DNA of 56,604 bases from a virus, in the IMG/VR virus record IMGVR_UViG_3300045988_114323, positions 1 to 56,604 of that record; one strand, given 5' to 3'. The position numbers and the translations under genes were made by a program. Shown piece by piece: positions 1 to 8,747 of the stretch (position 1 is its first letter; each line of letters opens with the position of its first letter). The notes beneath the pieces were generated by a model, which ran no database searches, had not been told where the DNA came from, and saw only the letters and a program-made list of their open reading frames with translations.

Positions 1-119
1 AAGCGCACTGAGAGGAATTGAAAGCAAGACGGTGGAGTCGTTGCAGAAGATTCAGAGCCAGACGGAAGCGTCTCAGAACAGTATCAAGCAGTCCATAGCT
101 GATGCAACCGAAAAAAAGA
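1..119. repeat. Terminal overlap, copy 1 (identical to 56486..56604)
   Basis: AAGCGCACTGAGAGGAATTGAAAGC...GAAAAAAAGA matches the window end base for base. Confidence 0.95.
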
Positions 120-2089
120 CAGAGCTTGACGGTGCTATCAGCAATGCCACGGATGCAAAAGGGAATCTGGACAAGGCTGTACAGTCGGCTGGGAATGCAA
201 AGAAAGAGCTGGAATCATCAATTGGAAAAGCCGGAGAAGCTAATACGGCATTAGACAGCGCCATTAGTTCCGCTGGAGAGAAGCAGTTAGCGTTAGACAC
301 CACGGTAGAACAGGCGAATGAAGTAGACGCATCGTTGAAAGAGCAAATCGGATCAGCCGAGCAAATACAGGCAAATGTTGAGCAGATTGCGAAGAATAAA
401 GCCGACATTAGTTCGCTAAAGGAAGATTTAGGCAACAAAATTACAAAGTTCTATGCATCGAATCAGGGCGAAACTCATCTTGCCGATTCTGACAATGGCA
501 AAATCATGGATATGATGCTGTATGGACGTAGTGAGCAGAAGCAGTATAAAGGCATAAATTTATTCCCCCCTAACACTAGACGGGGAGACTTTATAGAAGT
601 TTCGATTCCAAAAGGGACAAAAGTTTTTGCGATTACAGATGGAACAAATTTCAATGGCGGTAACTTCCGTTTTTTTAATGCGGACAAAACAGAAAATATG
701 TGGTTCGGAATAGAAAAAGATACTACTATAGCGACATATGAATTAAAAATTGACGCTAAATATGTACAAAACCTTTTAGAACCCGGTTTAGATTTTTCAA
801 AAATATGTTTAGGTATTGGAAGTGAACCAATATATGAACCCTACATTGGCGGTATCCCATCTCCATCACCGGATTATCCGCAGGAGATAAAAAGAGTGGT
901 GAATCCGACTATGAAGGTGAGGGGAAAAAATCTTGTCGATATATATGGATACAGTGCAAGCGGCATACCTAGTCCAGAAGCAGAAAAAGTATTATTTAAT
1001 ACCTATGGGACAACTATAAGTACGACAGAAAAGACGGATAAACTTATTGTGAGTCAAGAGATTATAGATGGGGCAACTGCCGATAATTATACGTCTGGTT
1101 ATTTTTGTGTTGGAATAAATCCCAAGCTTGAAGATGGGAAATATTACATCGTGACTTTTAAAATTAATGTGATTCAGAATCCATTCCATGTATCCGACAT
1201 CACTGTTATGTTTAACGGTATAGATGCTTATATGGCTCAGGTGGTAGGAGATAAAGTAAAAGTAAAAGCAAAATACAATGAATTCAGCGAAAGACAATAC
1301 GTTGAATTTAGAACCAGAGGAATGAGCCTGGAATTGAGCAATTTTATGATTACAGAAGTTGGAGAAACTGATGATTACGAACCATACACCGAGCAATCCG
1401 TCCAGCTCCCCTACACTCTCAACGCCATCCCAGTAGCATCTGGCGGCAATGTGACGATCGACGGTCAGCAGTATATTGCGGATAGAGTTGTAGAAAAAGA
1501 CGGTGTATTTGGCATCGAAAGAAATACCGCAACAGACGTACCAGTGTTAACTAAAGAACTAAGAGAAACACCTGATATGAAAGGACGGTTTATACAAGAT
1601 GGTGCATTAAAAAAAATTTTTACACCATTTTATGAAACGCTGGTAAATATCGGTTATAGCAGAAAATGGGGCGTCGCGGGAAGTGTAATTGACAAATGGA
1701 TATTCGGAGTAAATAAAGTGAATTTATACATATCGCCGCCTAAGGATCTGAATTACACTTCAGAGGATATATTTAATGCTCTAAAAGATTTAAATATAAA
1801 AGTTTATGGAGCTTTATTAGTACCGCTTTTTGAGCCTCTTCCGGGGGATATACAAGCTAAATTACGAACCCTTGTCACCAACTACCCAGTAACCAACATC
1901 TCCGTCACATCCGACCAGTTAGACGGATATACAGTATTTAACTACCCGATTAGCATGGCTAATGGATGGAACTATGTAAAACAGCAACTCAACGACAATC
2001 GTGATTATATCTACGACATGGATATACAATCAGCAGAAGCCTATGTTAACAGTGAGTACGCAGTAGCACTTACAGAATTGGAGGTATGA
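1..2089 (+). CDS. Tail fibre / BppU-like baseplate protein, C-terminal part (continues the ORF starting at 55926)
   Basis: Open frame from the window start (codon phase 2) to TGA at 2087-2089. With 56486 equivalent to 1, it is in frame with 55926..56604. Ala/Glu/Lys-rich coiled coil followed by a beta-rich distal domain. Confidence 0.8.
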   Translation, partial: SALRGIESKTVESLQKIQSQTEASQNSIKQSIADATEKKTELDGAISNATDAKGNLDKAVQSAGNAKKELESSIGKAGEANTALDSAISSAGEKQLALDTTVEQANEVDASLKEQIGSAEQIQANVEQIAKNKADISSLKEDLGNKITKFYASNQGETHLADSDNGKIMDMMLYGRSEQKQYKGINLFPPNTRRGDFIEVSIPKGTKVFAITDGTNFNGGNFRFFNADKTENMWFGIEKDTTIATYELKIDAKYVQNLLEPGLDFSKICLGIGSEPIYEPYIGGIPSPSPDYPQEIKRVVNPTMKVRGKNLVDIYGYSASGIPSPEAEKVLFNTYGTTISTTEKTDKLIVSQEIIDGATADNYTSGYFCVGINPKLEDGKYYIVTFKINVIQNPFHVSDITVMFNGIDAYMAQVVGDKVKVKAKYNEFSERQYVEFRTRGMSLELSNFMITEVGETDDYEPYTEQSVQLPYTLNAIPVASGGNVTIDGQQYIADRVVEKDGVFGIERNTATDVPVLTKELRETPDMKGRFIQDGALKKIFTPFYETLVNIGYSRKWGVAGSVIDKWIFGVNKVNLYISPPKDLNYTSEDIFNALKDLNIKVYGALLVPLFEPLPGDIQAKLRTLVTNYPVTNISVTSDQLDGYTVFNYPISMANGWNYVKQQLNDNRDYIYDMDIQSAEAYVNSEYAVALTELEV

Positions 2090-2241
2090 TTATGTTATAC
2101 AAGACACTGAAAAAATTAAAGGAAAGAAACGGTCTGACAGAAGATCTGAAGAATAAGATTGACATTTTCTTCGCCACGGGCAGGATTACTGAGGAACAGT
2201 ATAATGATCTGATGAATATTGGAAATGAAGAAATTCGCTAA
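2086..2241 (+). CDS. XkdX-family small phage protein (51 aa)
   Basis: ATG overlaps the fibre stop (ATGA) and GGAGG lies upstream. The motif ATGRITEEQYNDL is typical of XkdX-like proteins found between fibre and lysis genes. Confidence 0.6.
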   Translation: MIMLYKTLKKLKERNGLTEDLKNKIDIFFATGRITEEQYNDLMNIGNEEIR

Positions 2242-2353
2242 ATGTGGCTTTAGTGAACTAGCAGAGGTGAATACATGGAGATACGAGCAAGACCTTCGGG
2301 TCTTCTGAAAATTCTTAATGTAAAAATGAGTCAATTATAAATAGAGCAATCAA

Positions 2354-2378
2354 AGAGAGTCGTTATGGCTCTCTTTTT
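2354..2378 (+). terminator. Intrinsic terminator-like hairpin
   Basis: AGAGAG-N9-CTCTCT stem followed by a T-run. Confidence 0.5.
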
Positions 2379-2409
2379 ATGTGCGACGTCGCACAGAAAG
2401 GAGATTAAT

Positions 2410-3420
2410 ATGGCACATATATTTGTAATTGCCGGGCACGGCGCAGGGGACTCCGGTGCTGTGGGATATGGATATACAGAGGCAGAAAGGGTACGTGCGT
2501 TAGCTGGAAGGCTTTCTGCACTTGGTGGCAGCAATGTAACGGTAGGAGACACGAGTCGAAATTGGTATGCTGATAAAGGGATTAGCACCTTGTCAATCCC
2601 GAAAAGCTGGCAGATTATTGAACTCCATATGGATGGAGCTAGTCCGTCAGCAAGGGGAGGACATGTAATTATCAAATCCGGTTACAAACCAGATGCATAC
2701 GATACAGCTCTTGCACATTTTATCGCCGGATTTACACCCGGAAGAGCAAATACAATTGTTGGAAGAAGCAATCTTGCCAATGTAAACAGGGCGGCAGTCA
2801 GGGGATATAGTTATAGACTGCTTGAATGTGGATTTATTACAAACCAGACAGATCTTAATAAATTCAATAATAATCTGGATACACTTGCAAGAGGAATTCT
2901 TGGCGCATTCGGAATCGGAACAACTGCACAAGCTGGCTGGGTATCTGATAAAATCGGATGGTGGTATCGTAATGCAGATGGCTCCTACCCGAAGAATCAA
3001 TGGGCTCAGATTGGGGGTGATTGGTATTGGTTCGACAACGGTGGCTATGCTATTCGTGATACATGGAAAGAAATAAATGGACAGTGGTATTACTTCAAAT
3101 CTGACTGCCGTATGGTGAAAGGCTGGAGAAAAGTAGATGGTAAATGGTATTACCTGAATCCACAGGCCTATACGAATCATCCAGAAGGAGCTATGAAAGA
3201 TGGATGGTTACTTGACGGAAGGTTCTGGTATTATCTCAATCCAAATACTGGTGGACCTCGTGGATCTATGTGTACTGGATTCATTACGGTAAATGGTCAG
3301 ACATATTACTGCAGACCGAAAGCAGAAGCTGGTTATCCGGAAGGCAGCATGGTTACAGGAAAGAAAATGATCGACGGAAAAGAATATTATTTTGAAGCGG
3401 ATGGTCGGATGAAAAAATAA
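2410..3420 (+). CDS. Endolysin: N-acetylmuramoyl-L-alanine amidase (Amidase_3-like) with C-terminal CW_binding_1-type repeats
   Basis: AAGGAG RBS before ATG 2410. N-terminus IAGHGAGDSGAVG...ELHMDG...LLECGFITNQTD. C-terminus has repeated GW.Y....G.....W....G.WYYF units. Confidence 0.85.
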   Translation: MAHIFVIAGHGAGDSGAVGYGYTEAERVRALAGRLSALGGSNVTVGDTSRNWYADKGISTLSIPKSWQIIELHMDGASPSARGGHVIIKSGYKPDAYDTALAHFIAGFTPGRANTIVGRSNLANVNRAAVRGYSYRLLECGFITNQTDLNKFNNNLDTLARGILGAFGIGTTAQAGWVSDKIGWWYRNADGSYPKNQWAQIGGDWYWFDNGGYAIRDTWKEINGQWYYFKSDCRMVKGWRKVDGKWYYLNPQAYTNHPEGAMKDGWLLDGRFWYYLNPNTGGPRGSMCTGFITVNGQTYYCRPKAEAGYPEGSMVTGKKMIDGKEYYFEADGRMKK

Positions 3421-3814
3421 AGAATCTGAGTAGAGCATCCAGAACGATCGGTAATGACATTTGGATGCAGATTCCATCAGGCTGGATTGCTACACGATAT
3501 AATGGTAAAATATACGTAGAATAGAATTATAAATAGGTAAAAATCCACTTTATAGGTTATAGCAAAAAGGTCAGCCAATCAGCAACAGAAAGTATCTTCC
3601 GAACGCTTATATCGGCAGCTGGAAATTCTATGGCGGTCATACAACCGGATCTAATCTGATCAGATCTATCCAGAGACAAATTGGAGCGACAGCAGACGGA
3701 TACTTCGGGCGAAAATCTGTCATAAAGTTCCAGATCTGGCTTGGCGTATCGGTGGATGGAAGCATGGGACCAGCAACCGTAAAAGCATTTCAGAATTGGC
3801 TGAACAGGCAGTAG
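3420..3814 (+). pseudogene. Start-less remnants of alternative lysin cell-wall-binding domains (SH3-like tail, then PG_binding_1-like)
   Basis: One frame reads ...IGNDIWMQIPSGWIATRYNGKIYVE*. After further stops it reads ...IQRQIGATADGYFGRKSVIKFQIWLGVSVDGSMGPATVKAFQNWLNRQ*. Neither segment has a start codon or RBS. Confidence 0.5.
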
Positions 3815-3836
3815 GAGCAAAAGGAAAGGAAACAAC

Positions 3837-4556
3837 ATGGCATACATTAAATTTTTGGGAACAAGAAAAGCATACAAAGCATCTGTTATTCCAAATGGGA
3901 ATATTGTTACTTTAAAGTTTGCTAATATGAAAGAAGTGAATACTAGCGGATTTAATTTGTACCTTGATGAAAAATGCACTGTCGATATTGGCGGTGCATC
4001 TTATCGAGGATATACTACAATGTATCGGAATGACAGCGAGACAGAAGCATACAATGGATATCAGCTGTCAAATAATGGCAGTGTGTATTCTGAGCCTGTT
4101 GCACCAACACCAGATCCAGTTGTGGAGGTTACACTGGAAGAATTAAAGGCTCAGAAAATTGCAGAAATGAATGCAAAGCAGCAAGAGGCGATACAGAACG
4201 GTATCAATGTAAAGCTGTCGGATGGTGCAACACATCACTTTACCCTTACTACTAATGACCAGATTTCACTTATGGGATTACAGACAGAAGTGGAAAAGGG
4301 AACAGAGAAAATCTCGTGGCATACATCAGACCAGTCGGAACACTGCCAATATTATAGTAATAATGATATGAAAATCATTGTTGACACAGCACTTGCACTG
4401 GTAACATATCATATTACAATGTTTAGAGACTTGCGTATTTATATCAATAGTATGCAGGACAAAGCAAGTGTGGAATCTGTATATTACGGCATTTACATTC
4501 CTGAGGAATACCAGTCAGAAGTTTTGAAAGATTTATATGCCGTACAGAATGCGTAA
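3837..4556 (+). CDS. Phage protein with DUF4376-like C-terminal domain
   Basis: RBS AAGGAAAGGA. Pattern LEELKAQKIAEMN...DGATHHFTLTTNDQISL...ISWHTSD...YHITMFRDLRIYINS resembles DUF4376 as I recall it. Confidence 0.5.
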   Translation: MAYIKFLGTRKAYKASVIPNGNIVTLKFANMKEVNTSGFNLYLDEKCTVDIGGASYRGYTTMYRNDSETEAYNGYQLSNNGSVYSEPVAPTPDPVVEVTLEELKAQKIAEMNAKQQEAIQNGINVKLSDGATHHFTLTTNDQISLMGLQTEVEKGTEKISWHTSDQSEHCQYYSNNDMKIIVDTALALVTYHITMFRDLRIYINSMQDKASVESVYYGIYIPEEYQSEVLKDLYAVQNA

Positions 4557-4965
4557 GATTGTCAAGCCATTTATCCTTATTGTGATAGGTGGCTTGATTT
4601 ATACATCCATAGAAATGTTATACCGTGGTTATTCTCACTGGACAATGTTTCTTGTTGGCGGTTTGGCATTCTATATGATAGGGTGCATCAATGAGTATAT
4701 TCAGTGGGATATGCCATTGTATAAGCAGATGGCTATAGGGATGTCGATAATTACATGCTTGGAATTTGTTACTGGATTTATTGTTAATATCATTCTCAAA
4801 TGGAATGTATGGGATTATAGCAATGTTCCGTTTAATGTGCTTGGCCAGATATGCTTGCCATTCTGCGCTATATGGTATTTCCTTTCGTTGGTCGGAATAA
4901 TCCTTGATGATTATATAAGATACTGGCTATTTGACGAAGAGAAGCCAACATATAAATTAAAATAA
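4549..4965 (+). CDS. Polytopic membrane protein (DUF1113 / putative ABC-transporter type IV-like)
   Basis: Four hydrophobic segments. Motif LEFVTGFIVN...WDYS resembles that family. The start could also be 4537. Confidence 0.55.
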   Translation: MRKIVKPFILIVIGGLIYTSIEMLYRGYSHWTMFLVGGLAFYMIGCINEYIQWDMPLYKQMAIGMSIITCLEFVTGFIVNIILKWNVWDYSNVPFNVLGQICLPFCAIWYFLSLVGIILDDYIRYWLFDEEKPTYKLK

Positions 4966-4971
4966 AAAAAT

Positions 4972-4997
4972 GGAGACTGACCACTATGGCAGTCTCC
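4972..4997. terminator. Bidirectional intrinsic terminator
   Basis: GGAGACTG-N10-CAGTCTCC stem with an A-run on the left and a T-rich right flank. It lies between convergent genes. Confidence 0.7.
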
Positions 4998-5000
4998 GAT

Positions 5001-5795
5001 TTACCGGACTCCCCAGCTTCCGTCTGGATTAAGGAATCCTATTACATATCCAATTTTATCTACAATCATATCATCCGGTATGTATGCACTGTCCGTCATT
5101 AATGGCGAATACTTCCAGTGCATAGTGCCGTTTTCATATACTTTTTTCTTAATTGCAATGTGAATAGCACCGTTTTCGGTAATCACGCAACGTTCCCCAT
5201 CCAATGCCAATCTGTCCGCTGCTAAAAGCACAATTTCACCAGGCAGATAATATGGCATATAAAAATCACATGGTATTTTTAATCCGAGATATGCTCTTGA
5301 CATGACATCTTCTGGGACATCTTTTATTGTCATTGGGTCGACAGCATTTGTTGTAGCGATCACTCCATTAACTATTTGAGGGCGAAGAACAGATATATAT
5401 TTTCCCTTAGAATCAAAAGATTGGTATATTTTCTGTTGATGCCGTATAAAGTATCTTATTAGGTATATTGACTGCTCTGGCAGACCTCTTACAATACGCA
5501 CAGATTCCCTCATTTTCGGCTCCATTGTGTCAGAGCCCACTAATTCATCAATGCTTATTTCAAGTGCCTTTGCAAGGCTGATTACAGTGGATAATTTGAC
5601 ATTGTTAGAAGTTCCGTAAAGAAGAGTATTAAGCGTTGAAAACGGAACACCTGATGCTTCAGAAAGATTTTTGATTGTGATTTCTGGCGTATCTATGTAC
5701 ATACTTAAATTGTGCCGTAGAGACTCCATAAAATCACCATTTTGACAGACCGTTAAATTCGTCGAAATATCAATGCGGTTTTCTTCTCTCAACAT
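5001..5795 (-). CDS. CI-like repressor: XRE HTH plus degenerate S24 (LexA-like) C-terminal domain
   Basis: RBS AGGGGGA before ATG 5795. HTH segment ITIKNLSEASGVPFSTLNTLLYG. In the C-terminus, CDFYMPYYLPGEIVLL aligns with GDSMxPxIxxGDxVLV, with Phe at the catalytic Ser position. Confidence 0.7.
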   Translation of the reverse strand: MLREENRIDISTNLTVCQNGDFMESLRHNLSMYIDTPEITIKNLSEASGVPFSTLNTLLYGTSNNVKLSTVISLAKALEISIDELVGSDTMEPKMRESVRIVRGLPEQSIYLIRYFIRHQQKIYQSFDSKGKYISVLRPQIVNGVIATTNAVDPMTIKDVPEDVMSRAYLGLKIPCDFYMPYYLPGEIVLLAADRLALDGERCVITENGAIHIAIKKKVYENGTMHWKYSPLMTDSAYIPDDMIVDKIGYVIGFLNPDGSWGVR

Positions 5796-5962
5796 ATTTA
5801 ATTCCCCCTATCGTTGGATTACAATATAATCATCCCTTATAAGTTGAGGGTATCAAGTTCTGGCAAACGGGGATGGTGTACGGCATTTCACTATCTCCGT
5901 ATCAAATAATATATAATATATTTTACCGCTTTTTTGTGCATCCTGTCAAACGAAAATGCACA

Positions 5963-5991
5963 TTGACATACAAGAACGTACGTTCTGTAAT
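5963..5991 (+). promoter_or_regulatory. Early rightward promoter with a LexA (Cheo) box in the spacer
   Basis: TTGACA-17 nt-TGTAAT. The spacer and -10 contain the perfect palindrome AGAACGTACGTTCT (5973-5986), which fits GAAC-N4-GTTC. Confidence 0.65.
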
Positions 5992-6036
5992 TGGATTGCC
6001 GCTAAAGGATTTTTATCAGACATTGGAGGGATTCTT

Positions 6037-6204
6037 GTGGAAAGTTGTAATGAAGAAAAGGAAAATTATCGTCAGCAAATTATTCAAATGGTGAAAAATG
6101 TTGAGAGGTATGATATACTTGTTTATATCTACAAGGCGGTTTTGGGTGTGATTGACGAGAAAAAAGAAATTGTACAAAATAAATATAGTAAGCGAGGTGT
6201 ATAA
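6037..6204 (+). CDS. Small early protein (55 aa, GTG start)
   Basis: GGAGGG lies 7 nt before GTG 6037. The longer ATG-5956 version would begin inside the promoter. Confidence 0.35.
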   Translation: MESCNEEKENYRQQIIQMVKNVERYDILVYIYKAVLGVIDEKKEIVQNKYSKRGV

Positions 6205-6206
6205 TA

Positions 6207-6458
6207 TTGGCTCATTCCAGAATTGAAATCAAATCTTCCGAAGATGGTTTGCTTACAGAATTAAAGATTGACGGAAACGTGATACACGGTGTTCGCAGTA
6301 TTGAATACAGAAAAAACGCTATGAATCCTTTTCCAACGCTTACGATTGACTTAAACGCACTGGATATATCTATAGACAGTTATGCGGTTGTCCGGCAAAA
6401 AGGATACGAGCATAGCGAAATAACTTTGATCGATGGAGATTCTATTTTCTGTAATTAA
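6207..6458 (+). CDS. Small early protein, paralog family A, copy 1
   Basis: TTG start with GAGGTG RBS. Shares IEI...DG...GVRS...P.L.IDLNA.DI...QKGYE with 7467..7730. Confidence 0.6.
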   Translation: MAHSRIEIKSSEDGLLTELKIDGNVIHGVRSIEYRKNAMNPFPTLTIDLNALDISIDSYAVVRQKGYEHSEITLIDGDSIFCN

Positions 6459-6651
6459 AATCAGCTTTTAACCAGATGGGGCATTGTTCTCTTCTGCACT
6501 GGTGGTGTAGGTCGAGAGGGCAGTGCTCTATTTTGTCTTTAACAATATCAATTCCCTCAAGAGTTTCATCAATAAAGAATTTTATTTTAATAGTAATCTT
6601 TTGGTCGTGTTTATCACATAATCCATAGGACTTTTTGTATTCAATAGTCAT
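6442..6651 (-). CDS. Small four-Cys protein, family B, copy 1
   Basis: Its start lies 3 nt after the stop of 6655..6999 (coupled). Cys pattern C-x32-CP-x7-C-x4-CP resembles 7747..7944. Confidence 0.55.
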   Translation of the reverse strand: MTIEYKKSYGLCDKHDQKITIKIKFFIDETLEGIDIVKDKIEHCPLDLHHQCRREQCPIWLKADFNYRK

Positions 6652-6654
6652 AAA

Positions 6655-6999
6655 TTATTCATCCTCACTTAATAAATTTATCATATCAATAATATGTTTC
6701 TTCTTTTCATCTGATAAAAATATATACTTCTCTAATGCATTCAGCATATCTTTATCCTTTTTAACTATGTTCCACAAATCCATTTGGTCTGGCAGTTCTT
6801 TTTCTTTTTCCTCTCCGTTCACCAAATAATCCAGAGTAACATCTAAACAATCAGCAATAGATTTTAATTTATCTTGTTTTGGAATAGATTTTCCATGTTT
6901 CCAGTCGGAAAGAGTGGATTTTGCAACACCACTAATTCTTGCAATATCTGCATCTTTATAACCTTTTATTTTTTTTAATTTGCAATACCTATTGTACAT
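6655..6999 (-). CDS. XRE-family HTH repressor (second immunity module)
   Basis: AAGGAG RBS before ATG 6999. HTH segment DADIARISGVAKSTLSDWKHGKSIP. Confidence 0.7.
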   Translation of the reverse strand: MYNRYCKLKKIKGYKDADIARISGVAKSTLSDWKHGKSIPKQDKLKSIADCLDVTLDYLVNGEEKEKELPDQMDLWNIVKKDKDMLNALEKYIFLSDEKKKHIIDMINLLSEDE

Positions 7000-7042
7000 A
7001 TAAACTCCTTTCAAAAAAGTTCGGATTTTTTAACAAAAGGGA

Positions 7043-7071
7043 TTGACAAATAAAGATTCCTTTACTATACT
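7043..7071 (+). promoter_or_regulatory. Sigma-70-like promoter (rightward)
   Basis: TTGACA-17 nt-TATACT. Confidence 0.5.
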
Positions 7072-7123
7072 TAAAACAAGTTAAGAAACCCGAACAATAC
7101 ACATCTAACCAATAAGTATTATA

Positions 7124-7216
7124 TAGGATTTCCGAACTAAAATCAATATATAGTTAGGATTTATAAACAAAAAACTGTTAATGGAACAGGCAAATTTATT
7201 GCACAGAAAATCCTAA
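7124..7216. promoter_or_regulatory. Operator repeats T(T)AGGATTT (two direct, one inverted)
   Basis: TAGGATTT at 7124-7131, TTAGGATTT at 7154-7162 and AAATCCTAA at 7208-7216. AGTTAGGATTT and AAATCCTAACT form an 11-bp inverted repeat. Confidence 0.55.
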
Positions 7217-7242
7217 CTAGCGTAAAGAAAGGATGTGAGGAT

Positions 7243-7452
7243 TTGAATAAAGCAGAAAGAATTGAAAGCTTTAATAAGCTTGATGCAATAGCGAAATCAA
7301 GAGACGTTTCTTTTTATAAGATTTCAGAAGAGCTTGGGTTACCAAGAAATCTTTTTTCTGACTGGAAGTCGGGAAAGTCAATGCCTAAAACAGATAAGCT
7401 GATTAAAATTGCTGATTATTTCGGCGTAGCTATTTCTTATTTTATTGAGTAG
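7243..7452 (+). CDS. Cro-like XRE HTH protein
   Basis: TTG start after GTGAGGA. HTH segment FYKISEELGLPRNLFSDWKSGKSMP. Confidence 0.65.
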   Translation: MNKAERIESFNKLDAIAKSRDVSFYKISEELGLPRNLFSDWKSGKSMPKTDKLIKIADYFGVAISYFIE

Positions 7453-7466
7453 GAAAGGAGAATCAG

Positions 7467-7730
7467 ATGAACAAGGATAATTTTTCACATATTGAAATAC
7501 GTACTTGTAAAGAATTGGGAAGAACATTTACAGAAGTGTATTTAGATGGGAAAAAATTGAGAGGTGTTCGTTCGTGGAATTTGAGCCATGATGGGACAAA
7601 TTCAATTCCAAGATTGCTTTTAGATCTTAACGCATTTGACATTGCAGTAGATGCAGATGCTCTTGCGATGCAAAAAGGTTATGAGGGATATGGATTAATG
7701 CTTCCAGAAATGGGAAAAGAGGACGAATAG
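7467..7730 (+). CDS. Small early protein, paralog family A, copy 2
   Basis: AAGGAG RBS. About 40% identity by eye to 6207..6458. Confidence 0.6.
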   Translation: MNKDNFSHIEIRTCKELGRTFTEVYLDGKKLRGVRSWNLSHDGTNSIPRLLLDLNAFDIAVDADALAMQKGYEGYGLMLPEMGKEDE

Positions 7731-7746
7731 ACGCCCTCTCTAAAAA

Positions 7747-7944
7747 TTAAATGGTTTCCGGAAACAACTTACGTAACGGACACGGATTTTCCTTACATTC
7801 TTTTGCGAGATTCTTGTAAGGACAGGAAATTGTGCCGAGTGCGTAACCGTCAAAACCATCATCGATGTAGTTCCCATATACAGTTTCAGTCTTGCCTTGT
7901 GTAGGGCAGAAACCAGTTGCGGAACGATTTGCAGACACTGACAT
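7747..7944 (-). CDS. Small four-Cys protein, family B, copy 2
   Basis: Convergent with 7467..7730. Cys pattern C-x28-CP-x8-C-x4-CP. Confidence 0.5.
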   Translation of the reverse strand: MSVSANRSATGFCPTQGKTETVYGNYIDDGFDGYALGTISCPYKNLAKECKENPCPLRKLFPETI

Positions 7945-7988
7945 AGTATCACCTCCTTGTGAGGAATTATAACATAGAAAGGAGAGTA

Positions 7989-8714
7989 ATGAGAGAAATA
8001 AGCATTTTTAACAGTGAAGAGTTCGGAGACATCCGGGCAATTGAAATTGATAATGAACCGTGGTTTGTAGGAAAAGATGTTGCTACAGCGTTGGGATATT
8101 CCAACACTAGAAAAGCTATCGGCGATCACGTTCATGAAGATGATAAGGGCGTAACGAAATGGGACACCCTTGGAGGAAAGCAGGATTTAACCATTATCAA
8201 CGAATCCGGTTTATACGCTTTAATCTTCGGTAGCAAGCTGGAATCAGCCAAGAGATTCAAACATTGGGTAACATCAGAGGTTCTTCCAGCGATTAGGAAA
8301 ACTGGAAATTATAATATTCCGATGACCATTGAAGAACAGTTGCAGATCGTGGCGAAAGGAACACTGGAAGTCAAGGAAGAAATCAAGCGAGTTGATAATG
8401 ATTTGCAGAATTTCAAAGAGGACATGCCGTTGCTTGCGCTGGAATGCCAGAGGATTACTAGGGCGAAGAATCAGAAAGTGGTTCCGCTGATGGGTGGTAA
8501 GAAAGCTCCGGCATACAAGAATAAGAGTCTGATGCATAAGGTCTACAGTGATGTGGACGCTCAGCTCAGAAGAGAGTTCGGAGTAAACACATACAAGGCA
8601 ATCAAACGCAGTCAATGTGATTTGGCGGTGAAGATTATCGAAGACTATGTTCTTCCGATGTATCTGAAAGAAGAGATTGACGCAGAAAACAGCCAGTTGA
8701 GTTTTGGGCTGTAA
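7989..8714 (+). CDS. Antirepressor (Bro-N domain family)
   Basis: AAGGAG RBS. N-terminus FNSEEFGDIRAIEIDNEPWFVGKDVATALGY is a typical Bro-N/ANT sequence. Confidence 0.7.
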   Translation: MREISIFNSEEFGDIRAIEIDNEPWFVGKDVATALGYSNTRKAIGDHVHEDDKGVTKWDTLGGKQDLTIINESGLYALIFGSKLESAKRFKHWVTSEVLPAIRKTGNYNIPMTIEEQLQIVAKGTLEVKEEIKRVDNDLQNFKEDMPLLALECQRITRAKNQKVVPLMGGKKAPAYKNKSLMHKVYSDVDAQLRREFGVNTYKAIKRSQCDLAVKIIEDYVLPMYLKEEIDAENSQLSFGL

Positions 8715-8747
8715 GTTATCTATATAAATAGGAAGGAAGTGAGTTGA

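Noticed and set aside
3557-3979. Minus-strand 140-aa track ORF downstream of the lysin
   Set aside because: The plus strand here carries a recognisable PG_binding_1-like remnant and the well-supported gene start at 3837. The minus ORF has no start context.
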